64,000 bases of DNA from Blepharisma stoltei ATCC 30299. Lineage: Eukaryota; Protista; Ciliophora. This document shows positions 49,808-60,442 of this stretch, piece after piece. A model generated the notes under the pieces. That model was not told the DNA's origin. It saw only the letters and a list, made by a program, of their open reading frames with translations, and made no database searches. Location: contig CBFDEM010000014.1 in the NCBI GenBank assembly GCA_965603825.1, forward strand, positions 310,001 to 374,000. Reading direction: 5' to 3'. Made by a program: the position numbers and the translations under genes. Position 1 is the stretch's first letter. Every line of letters starts with the position of its first letter.

Positions 49808-52243
49808 TTAGCATTGTTGAAGTTTCATAAGTTTTGCAGTCAACTGGGCTGCTAAATCATCTAATGGGTTTACTTTTTTCTTCATGATGTATCTATGGGC
49901 AATATCTACATTACTAAGCACCCTTGGAACTGAACAAATTATATCAGACCCTCTTGGAAACATTTTATCATTCCCAAAATCTCCAACAATGCCTTGACCC
50001 CATCCATAAATTCTTCCGCTTTGTGTCAAGCAAATTACATGGCTTTCTCCGCATTCTAAATCAATAATATTTTCATTCCTCAAAGTATTTATAACAGTTG
50101 GGAAATCGACCCTTTTTATATTATTCCCAAGGCCGAGTTGCCCTTGCTCTCCATTTCCCCATACATAGACTTCTCCAACTTCTGTTATACAAGCAGAAAA
50201 AATTGACCCTGCAGAAACTTTAACCACCTTTTGCTTTATTGATGAGACTTCTTTAATATCAGTGGTCATCATCCCATCTTTTAATTCTGAAGGATAAATT
50301 CCCAACTGTCCATCTTCAGCCCATCCAAAAGTATGAATTACTCCATCTGAGTCTAATGCAAGAGTGTGAGCTTCTCCGCAAGCGATCCCTTTTATACAAA
50401 CTTCTTGCAATCCTTTAACCTTAATTGGTCGTAAAGCGACATGCCCAATATCATCTTTAGCGATTTTTGAAAAGCTAAGGCCTAACTGATGCACGTCATT
50501 TCGACCCCATACCCAGACATCGCCATCTTCTGTAATAGCTGCATTATGGTAGCCACCACATTCCAGATAGACGATATTTTCTTGGAATAAAGAATTCACA
50601 ATTGTAGGCGATAAATAAGTATTTGTGTCTCCATGGCCTAAGCAGCCTGAAGCTCCATATCCCCATGTGAGGACTTTCCCATCACATGTTATAGCTGCGC
50701 AATGCTCAAATCCACAAGAAATCCACTTCACAGGATTATGGCTGAGCTCTTTCAAAATTTTAGTAGGAAGCATACAGTTTAATAGCTGCTTAGAATCGTC
50801 ATATAAAATGAAGCCTTTACTTTTCCCTTCAGATTTAGAAAATTCAAGCAGGGGCACTGTAGCATATCCACAAGCAGCAAACGAATATTGTATGGTGACA
50901 GGGATTATTTCTTTGTTGTTCTTTATCTCAGAGTTGGAGTTAGGGTTTTCTTCACATACCACAAGCTTTTTTATGAGAGGCGAATTAACGTCTGGGAATG
51001 GTATGACTGATCGCTGAGACTCAGGAGGAAAAGTGCTCATTGCAAAAGACATAGAGTCAGTTAGGATCTTAGGCTGCAATTGTCTGAACTCGTGCTGTGG
51101 AGAATCGTAGACTGTTCGCATTTTTGCTTTACTTGCAGTTTGTCCATTTAAAAATAACCTGTTAGCTACGCTTATTCTGATTGATCCTTCATCTTCTGGA
51201 GGAGAGCTTATTTCGCTTTCTGCAATTGAAAATCTTGCTATTTTTGCTTTTCTTAGCGCTTCGATGCTTTTAAATAAAAAAGTGCTGTTTTCATTTTCTT
51301 GCTCTGGGACTAATTCAGCTATGCAGCTTGCATCAGTGTTAGTTCTTGCCATATAATTTTCGTTGAGATTTGGTATTTCTAAACTTTCTTCACTGATTGT
51401 TTTGCTTTTCCTTTTTTCTTCTCATTCCATCATACTTAATTCCAAATTTGTTGAATTATATAAAAATTCTTCTCCTTGATGGCTATATGAGACACTGCTA
51501 TTCTCATCAAACATAGGTTTGCTGCTTCTTAAACTTACTGGGGTCATTTCTCCACTTTCGTCAGAATTAACCAATGAGCTTGCTGGGGTAATTGAATGCA
51601 AATGTAAATCATCTTCTTGTCTACATTGGAAATCTCTCTGAATTTGTAGTATAAGTGCTTTTGAATTATAAGAAATGTCAGGTTTATCAGGAAGATCGCT
51701 AAAAGCCGCTGATGAACGAAAAGAGCTCTCCATTGAAAAAGAGTCTTGATCTTTAGCCATTTCTTCTGCCAGGTTAAAAGGCATTACTTCACTTTGTAGG
51801 GAACCTCGGCTCATAAGTGCTTGTGAATAAGTACTGCTTAAATTAAGAGAGTTCTTAGGAACGCCGTGAACTGAACTTTGATCTGTGTCTAAAGGATTGA
51901 CTACATCTTGGACGTTTCCTCTTCGAAAAGGGCTTTTTTCATGAAGATGAGCTAAGGTAGCTTTTAAATTGACCAAATCGGCTGATATAAACTCATTTCT
52001 GTCAAGAACAACAGAAATATCAGGCTTGGAGGGAGAAATTACTGAAAATTTATACAGAGGATCAGTGCTAAAAGACTGAAACTTAGAAATGCGTGTTGAC
52101 AGGCTTGAAAGGCCAACATAAGCTGGGCTTTTCTGAATTAGGAGAGAAGGATGAGACATTTGTGTGCTTCTTGTGTGTTCTTCACTTTGGGTTAATGATG
52201 TGGTTGATTTATGCTTTAGCTGACTTGAATATGAAGCTTCCAT
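49808..52243 (-). CDS. RCC1-repeat protein with a long Ser-rich disordered N-terminus
   Basis: Repeats ISCGFEH..A.T.DGKVLTWGYG.SGCLGHG, CGGYH..VWVWGRN..QLG, ACGEAHTL..TFGW..GQLG; the two ORFs join via TGA at 51422. Confidence 0.88.
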
Positions 52244-52638
52244 TTATTTATTGCTTTGAAATCGGCTCTCATTCATTTAGAAGAAATTCAGAAAATTGGA
52301 AAATAACCGAGATTTAATACGAAAATTAGATGGGGACCAGAATACGTGAAATTTTTTATATTAATAATATTTAAGGAATAGAAAAATGAATAAAAATGAT
52401 ATAAATTCACAATAAAAAATTATTTTTTATTTTGAGAAATGATGACCAAATTTAGAGTAAATTTCTTTAATTAAAAATTTTATAAATCTATGCATTTTTA
52501 ATTAAAAAGATATCATTAATGCATTTTTGTAAGAAAAAATATTTTTAAATTGTGTATTATGTAAATCATAAAATTTCTTAATTTCTTTAATTATAATTTG
52601 ATCTATACATAATTTTTCCCATATAGATTGTTTAAAAT

Positions 52639-54036
52639 ATGAAGGAAAATTTGCTGGATGGACAAGAATATGAGCTTAAAAAAGTGATTGGAATTTCATT
52701 TACTGCTAGTATAGGATCATTTCTATTTGGGTATAATATAGGTGTTTTTAATTCAATGCAGCCTAATGTCTCAGCCTCCTTGGATTGAGGAGGAGATGAA
52801 AAGTTATATATTTCTATTATTTCAACTTTGATGCCTTTCGGAGCTCTTTTCGGAGCTATTTATGGAGGTCAAGCAGCAGAAAAACTGGGAAGACGTAAAT
52901 CTATGATTTTTTCAGATATTTTAGTTATTATAGGATCCTTAATTTTTATTTTTCCATCTACCACAACCCTTGGGGTTGGAAGATTCTTCACTGGATTCAC
53001 TTCTGGGATGTTTTCAGTCATTTGTCCTGTATATATCAGTGAATTCTCGCCAACAAAAATAAGCGGGAAAATTGGAAGCTTAGTTCAAATCATGATAAAT
53101 TTAGGGGTATTATTTGCATTTGCAATCGCATTACTATTACCGACAGAGGATTTCGATAAAAACTCATTTAATTGATGGTGACTATTCATGCTTTCCTTGC
53201 AAGGACTCTTTGCATTACTGCAATTATTGCTATTTTTTGTTTGGCTTCGCCATGAAACACCCTATTGGCTACTAAAATTCAATAAAAATGAAGAAGCATT
53301 GAAGTCTTTGTAAGAAATTTATACCAAAAATAGCGCGAAAGAAATTTTTGACAATTTAAAATATAATAAAGCATTGCCAAGTAATAATAAAGACTCAGAT
53401 CCTAGTTATTGGGATCTTTTTACATGCAAAAGGGAGTATTCCAAAGTAATGAGATTAGGAATTATGCTACACTTTTTCCAACAGTGATGCGGTATCAACG
53501 CAATCCAATTTTATTCGACTGGGATATTTAGTTCATTTGGAAAAGGTGAGTTTTTCGCAAGAATCTTAACGCTTGCAATTAAGCTTATAAGTATGATAGG
53601 AGTGGTTTTTGCATTATTATTTGTTGATAGACTTGGGAGAAAGCCGCTATTATATTTTGGCAATATAGGAATGGCTGTGTGCTTATTGCTTATGGGACTC
53701 TTTTCAGAGATCATTGATGGGGGAGTTGTCCCTCCAATAATTTTTATTGCTCTATTTTTGATATTTTATGAAGCATCTGCTGGACCAATTACATGGGTAT
53801 ACTGTGGAGAAATTTTAGATGCAAAGCCTATGAGTGCATGTGTGAGCTCTAATTGGACTTTCAATATTATGGTCGTATTTTTATTTCCTTCTCTATCAAG
53901 TTTATTAGGGATATCAACAGTTTTTTTCATTTATTCAGGTGTCTGCTTTTTAGCTGCCATATATTTTAAGAAAGATTTGACTGAAACAAAAGGAAAGTCA
54001 AAAATTTCAATACAAGAAATGATGAAAAATGCCTAA
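52639..54036 (+). CDS. MFS sugar porter (GLUT-like) containing one in-frame TAA at 53311-53313 (possible pseudogene or null allele)
   Basis: GSFLFGYNIGVFN, EKLGRRKS, PVYISEFSP, HETPYWL, QQWCGINAI, DRLGRKPL, GPITWVYCGE, NWTFN, ETKGKS. Confidence 0.85.
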
Positions 54037-54085
54037 ATTAATAATTTCAATTGTGATATAATGCTAATGCTTAATATTAAGAAAT

Positions 54086-54895
54086 CTATTTACTCCAAAC
54101 CTTTGGGCCTGCTATGTAATGATCTAAATTTGATCTCTTCGCTTCAACTGCTGAATTATGCACCTGGAAAGCTGGCGCCACAAATCTTCCACACGAGCAC
54201 TGTCTCCCAGACCAATTAAACTCTCCCAACTTATTCATGCAATGTGGGCACTCGATTTTCCCATCAATTTCTTCTGTGTTTTGCATTCAGTTCATTTTCC
54301 TTACAAATATTGAAGTGCAAATATCATTTCCTCTGCTACCTTTTTTGAATTTTTTGGATGTTTGTGATGTGTGCTCTTCTAAATCTGCTTTTGTGAAAAG
54401 CTGTGTATGGCAAATTTTGCAAGAATAAGGTACTTCTGCAAGCAGCCCTAAAAATGTTTCGAATCTTACAAGTTGATTCATAAATGAATCGTTTGGGCAT
54501 GCTAGAGGATACAAAGATTGTATGAATTGTAAAGCTTCTGCAGTTTTGATATTTTTGTGTTTTATCACGTAGGCTGTAACTATTGCAGCACTTCGAGAAA
54601 TTCCGCTGAGACTAGATAAAAATTACCAATGAACTAGAACTTTTCCACCTTGTGAAATGGCATTTTCTATGAATTCGATGGATTCTTCAAAATATTGGTA
54701 GATGTCTTGATCAGGAGTGTCAAGAATCGGAAGATATTTGTAATGAATTTGATTAGTGTAAAGCTGCTCAAGGCCCTCAGCTGCAATAATGACGTGAGTT
54801 ATATGGTTACTAAAGAGAAGTGACATATCTTGAGCGATCCTATATTCTCCTATGAAAAGGCCAGGAAGAATTTCAGCACAAATTGGATAATCCAT
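54086..54895 (-). CDS. DUSP12: Dual-specificity phosphatase with C-terminal zinc-binding domain (DUSP12/Yvh1), one intron
   Basis: VLVH-C-LSGISRSA restored by intron 54612-54626; PNDSFMNQL; CKIC...GKIECPHC..KLGEFNWSGRQCSCG..VAPAFQ. Confidence 0.9.
54612..54626 (-). other. 15-nt intron GTAATTTTTATCTAG
   Basis: Splits the catalytic Cys codon (TG|T) of HCxxGxxR. Confidence 0.95.
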
Positions 54896-55366
54896 TACAT
54901 TGATTAATTAAAAATTAGTTTTAAATGTTTGATATCATAAGGATAGTGATGCTTAAAGATTACCTATTATGTTGAAGAAGTTGCTTAGTATGTTCTGTTT
55001 GTTCAAAATTGACGGACCAATGCTTCTGAATATTTTGGATCTATAATATAATAAACTCAAAGCCTGAGCTACTTTGCAGATTTTTCTATTCATGTCATCG
55101 GAAATATCTTCACCAGTTGGTCCAGAAAGAGAACAGATTCTTGGCCAGCATACTATTATTGCTGTCTTAAATACTTAGTGCTATACTTGTTAATATCCCT
55201 GAGACTTAATTCTATCCATATTTTCACTGCTATTTTCCATTTAACAGCAAATGCTTTTTAGTTGCTATTAATAGGCTATCAAATTTTTAACTCTAATATA
55301 AAGAGGGTTTAAATATCCAGATAAGCTTATTTTTGATCTATTAAGTTAAATAATAGAATAAGTTTT

Positions 55367-58300
55367 TTAAAGATTGCTAATCATATTATAGAAGTAGCCT
55401 CCTTTAGTCATCAAATCTTTTCTGGCTCCTATTTCCAGGATCTTTCCACTTTCTAGTACCATAACTTGATGAGCTTCAGATATTGTTTTAAGACGATGGG
55501 CAATCATTATGCAAGTTTTTCCAGCCATCACTTCTTTAATTGTGGAAAGAAGTGCATCTTCAGTTTTAGGGTCAAGCGCACTTGTTGCTTCATCAAATAT
55601 TAAAATCTTAGGATCTCTTATAATAGCTCTTGCAATAACAATACGTTGTTTTTGCCCCCCGCTTAGCATACTTCCTTTCAATCCTACTTGACGAGCAAAT
55701 GCTTCAGGATATTTAGGATCGTTAATAAATTCGATGGCCTGTGCTTTTTTTGCAGCTTCTTCGACTTGATTTTGTTCAGATTTTATACCATAAGAAATAT
55801 TTTCTGAAATAGATCCAGTAAAGAGCACTGGCTCTTGGCCAACATATCCTATCTGCCTTCTTAAATGCTTAAGGTTATAGGATTTAATATCTAAATCATC
55901 AATTAGCACTGCTCCACTCAAAGGATCATATAGCCTCATTATTAGTTGGATAACAGTTGATTTCCCTGATCCTGTCCTCCCAATCACAGCAAAGTGAGTT
56001 CCAGTTTTGATCTCAAAACTCAGGGATTTCAAAGCCATATAATTTCGATTGGGATAGCAAAAAGTAACATCTTTAAACTCAATTTTACCCTTAATTTCTT
56101 TCTTTTCTCCATCTTTGCTGTTTACATTTATTGTAGGTTGATATTCCAGAATTTTAAACAGTCTTTTTGCAGCCTCAATTCCATTTTTAATATCTGGCAT
56201 ATAAACTCCTGCAATAAGAAAAGAATCTGAGCCAAATTGACAAGTAATAAGCGAAATAATCATGTCTTTATATGTATCGACTCCGTCAAGGACGAGCTTG
56301 GCTCCGTATCAGTAAAGCAGTGCATAAACACAAAAAAGAGCCCCGAATCCTAGCCCATATGTAAAGCCTGATACCTGGGCTTTTTGCTGTAAGCTTGCAA
56401 ATTCAGCTTTAGCAGGCTCTAGATATTTTTCCAGCATGACTTTTTCCAAATTAAATGCTTTTGCTGTTCTATAGTTCATGATAGCGTCTGCAGCTATAGC
56501 AGTGCATGGTTCATAGTTGTATTTAACGACACCTACTTCTTGTGCAAAATAGGATGCGAAAATTGCGATAGAAATAACGGGAAGCACTGATAGAAAAATT
56601 AAGCTCATTCTTCATGAGTAAGCAGCAGCAACTCCATGTGCAACTAATAAAGCAGCAACTATACTTATTATAATTCCTATCATGCTTCCGCTCAATCCAT
56701 TAACTTTTTCACAATCATTGCAAAGTCTTGCGGAAAGAGCGCTACAATTATTTTCAGGTAAATCAAAAAATGCTGCTTCATATTTAAGCAGTGCTTTAAA
56801 GCTTTCTTCTCTCATTTTAGCGGTAATATTTGAACTCATTTTTGGGTAATTGATGCTTTGCATAATTAATCCTATAGCCACAAATAAGGCAAGGAAGCAA
56901 ATCCATCCTCCATATTCTGCACTTTTGCTTAGCATGTCATCATTTTCCTCAGATAAAACAAAAATTTGTTTCCCATTTAGCATACCTGAAATTGGATAAG
57001 ATGATGCAACAAAAAGAGACCCTAAAATGCCAAAATAAAGCCACCGTTTTTCACTTTGCGAAAAATGTAGCATTTTCTTCCTTATATTTTCAGTCTCTTC
57101 CGGCGTGACTTTTCCTTCCTCTCCTTTGATCAATCTATTTCCATCGAAGCCATTAGATACTTCTTTATTTTGCTCATCGTCTCTATTTTTCCGTTGAATT
57201 TTTTGCATTTTTACAAGATGATAGTACTTTGATTTATTCTTCATAAGTTCTTTATGTGTTCCAAACTCTGAAGAAACACCTTGGTCTATCATAATAATAT
57301 AAGTTGAGTCTTTTATTGTGGCTAAATTTTGCGCTATTGTAATTTTTGTGCTTTTTGGTAAGGCTTTATCAATATCTTCTACAACAGCTTGCTCTGTTTG
57401 CCGATCTAATGCACTTGTAGCTTCATCTAATAAAAGAATTTTCGGATTCCTCACAATAGCTCTGGCAATTGCTATTCTTTGCTTTTGGCCTCCAGAAAGC
57501 TGTGAGCCTTTTGATCCAGCTGGAGTTTGGTATTTCAAAGGCAATTTTTTAATAAAATTATGAGCACCAGCCTTTTGAGCAGCAATATGAATTTCTTCCT
57601 CTTTTGCGCTTAATTTTCCATATCTTATATTTTCATAAATGGTAGTGTTAAATAATAATGGTTCTTGACTTACAATTCCAATATGCTCTCTTAAGTAGCT
57701 GATTGAATATTCTCTAATATCATGGTCGTCAATCATGATACTGCCAGAAGTTGGTTCGTAAAATCTTAATAATAGTTGAATTATTGTACTTTTCCCTGAA
57801 CCAGTGCTTCCTACAACTCCTAATTTTTGTCCCGGCTTAAGCTCAAAACTCAGTCCTTTTAGTATTTCTGAGTTCGGAGTTGAAGGATAGCTGAACTTTA
57901 CATTTTTAAAAACAATTTTCCCACAAATTTCAGAGTCTCTTGAACCCTGAATAAGCATACTATTAGTATTTACTATTTCTAATATACGAAATGCTGCAAT
58001 CCTTCCTTGAGTAATTCTTGATATGCCTTATCTTATCCTTAATTATTTCTAATTCCTAAGCCTTAACATCCACTGCCACATCAACTGTGCAAGCTCCTCT
58101 CTTGCTTTAGATTGCTCTGTCCACTTGCTTTGCGCACAGCCTGGTCTTGATCTAAATTTTTGACGGGTGTCTTTCCAATTCTTATTCATTAGTAGTTTAA
58201 AGACCTTTATTGGCCAAAAAATCTATTTGGAATTAAACATCTCTTCAAACATTGTTGGGAGACATAAGGGAATAAATTTTTGAAACAAAAATAAACCTGG

Positions 58301-59532
58301 CTCTCTTAGACAAAATCAATTTGCATCCGTCAAGCACGCTAAAGGCTCCAGCCTCTACTAATGGTGTTGGTTAAACACTTCTCGAATATTCCATTTCCCT
58401 AAGCTATGGTGTCCGAGGTTACCATCATTGCTGGATTAAAATTCGCATGATCAAAATTGGCCAAAGGTGGAATTTCTGCTAGAAAGAACAGAAAATTTTA
58501 ACGACCAGAATTGTGACTATGAGTAATTAGCATGATGCATGGTACACACAACGAAATGTTATCAAAAGCCATCAGACTTACCCACATTACAGTAATAGTT
58601 TTAGTGACATCATATGGCTCATTTAACACCCAATCATATTCATTTTTATTAATAAACCATGCTCCAATTATAAATGCTACTCCATTCATCACTACGAATG
58701 AGCACATTCCAAGTGCTGTCCCAAGGCCTGTTCTTAATCCAGCACTAAACATTGATTTCTGTGATTCTTTAATTGCCTCCAAATATTTTTGTCTTTCGTG
58801 CTTTTGGCCATTAAGGGTTGTTACTGTTTTTATTTCTTCTAAGGCTTCTTCTGCGATCCCACTTGCCTTTTTATAGGAAGTGTCTACAATTTTCGCATTT
58901 TGCTCAAGGCCATTATTTGTCAAAAAAAATCCACCAATAATAGTTGGACAAAAAAGGAGGCAAAATAAGGTCATTTGAGTTCCTTCAATGATAGCAATAA
59001 TAAATGCTGAAAGAATCATTCCAAAAGTATACAATAATATAACTAATTTATCACCTGTAGCCCGCTCAATCATCAAAGTTTCATGAGCTAAGGATTGAGG
59101 AATTTCAGCGACCTGCCTGAGATCAAACCATGAAGGATCGGAATTCATGATCGACTTGAAATATTGCTGACGAAAATAGAAAGCCTGCTTGGCTCCAACG
59201 TTAACAAAACACATGACTGATAAATAGCCTGTCACAGCAAAAATTATTGCACAAGCGACAAGCTCGTAGCAAACAATTTTTGCATTATCATAAAACTCTT
59301 GAACTGACTTATCTCCTTCCATACCACCAAAAAAGCTTCCCATGAAAATATAGAAAAGAGGCTGGACGGCGCCCATTGTTAAAGATGAAAAGCAGCCTAT
59401 AGCTATCAAAAAATAATCAAAAGGTCTAGCATAGGTATAAAGCCCTCTGAAAGAACTCTTTTGATTAGGGCCAGGCTTAGTATCTTTTGAATTAAGTCAA
59501 TCAGCCTCTTCCATGTGTTCAGTTTTTCCCAT
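55367..59532 (-). CDS. ABCB1/MDR-like full ABC transporter (copy A), interrupted by a 512-bp insertion
   Basis: TMD-NBD-TMD-NBD; Walker A GSTGSGKST and GRTGSGKST, LSGGQKQR, DEATSALD. After removing 512 bp the CDS is 3654 nt (1218 codons) and collinear with copy B. Confidence 0.9.
58008..58528. mobile_element. 503-bp insertion flanked by a perfect 9-bp direct repeat TGAGTAATT (IES-like or transposon/retroelement remnant)
   Basis: Repeat copies at 58008-58016 and 58520-58528. Deleting the insert plus one copy yields ..CIMLITQGRIAAF.., matching paralog ..SLKLISMGRVAVY.. with no indel. Confidence 0.85.
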
Positions 59533-60442
59533 TTTCAAATTAATTTCAAAAGGATTTAACTTGAATTATTTTAAGAATAAAATGTAGAGAAAATAAATTT
59601 GAAAATTAAAGGATAAAAAATGCTCTTTTCAAGAGTTATTTCTAATAAGGTTTAATTATCTTTAAATATAAATTATTTGATTCTTAATGCTTAAACCAAG
59701 AAGATCATTTTGATTTTCCATTTAATATGAATCTATATGAAGAATTTTCTTTTTTATTCTGAACCCCAGCATTAACTTATTTCTTCGAGGAGTCAGATTA
59801 ATTTTATCTTGAACGTCCAAAAGTAATTAATTCTAGCCCTAGAGCTCTTTGACCACTTGAATTAAAGTTATTATCTTTCCAATATTCCCAATGAAAATGG
59901 AAGAAACATTAAGATTCACATATCCTAATTGTTGTTCATAATATTAGCCAAAATTCACTTTGCATCATCAAAAAGATAATAAACATTAACTATTATTTCG
60001 AACTTATTTCAACTATATGAATGATAAAAAATTTATTATGAGCTCTAAAGAAAAGCATTTCAGAGTTGTTTCTCATGCTCATTATTAAGCTATTAGCAAT
60101 TTACAATTGATTTAATTTTAACTAGGATATCGTTTTATAATTTTCACCTATCATTTATCTTTTACGAAATTTCATCAAGCAAAATGCCAGGTTTGACTTA
60201 TGTAATTTTTGAAGTTTTGCCCATAGACAATATTGGCATTGTTTGAATACTTCAATAATATCTAGAGTATTTTCTTTTTCAGTTTCTATCTACTAAGCTA
60301 TATGCAACATGAATCAATTTCGTGATAAATTTGAAATTATAAACTAATCCATTAAAAGAATAAGGAACTTTGCTTACTTTAAATATTATTATCAAAAAAA
60401 TTAACACTGAAATGGTAAAAAGCTATTAAATATTATAACTTT

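Noticed and set aside
3337-53313. Fully ambiguous code with UAA/UAG = Gln (Condylostoma-like)
   Set aside because: Only two unexplained in-frame UAR codons across roughly 50 kb of coding sequence; all others fall inside 15-nt introns.
54900-55360. Possible small gene or element between DUSP12 and ABCB copy A
   Set aside because: Only short broken frames, with no motif and no flanking repeats found.
58017-58519. MITE/TIR transposon interpretation of the insert, and a roughly 100-codon plus-strand open frame within it
   Set aside because: No terminal inverted repeats are visible; the plus-strand frame lacks an ATG and any recognisable motif.
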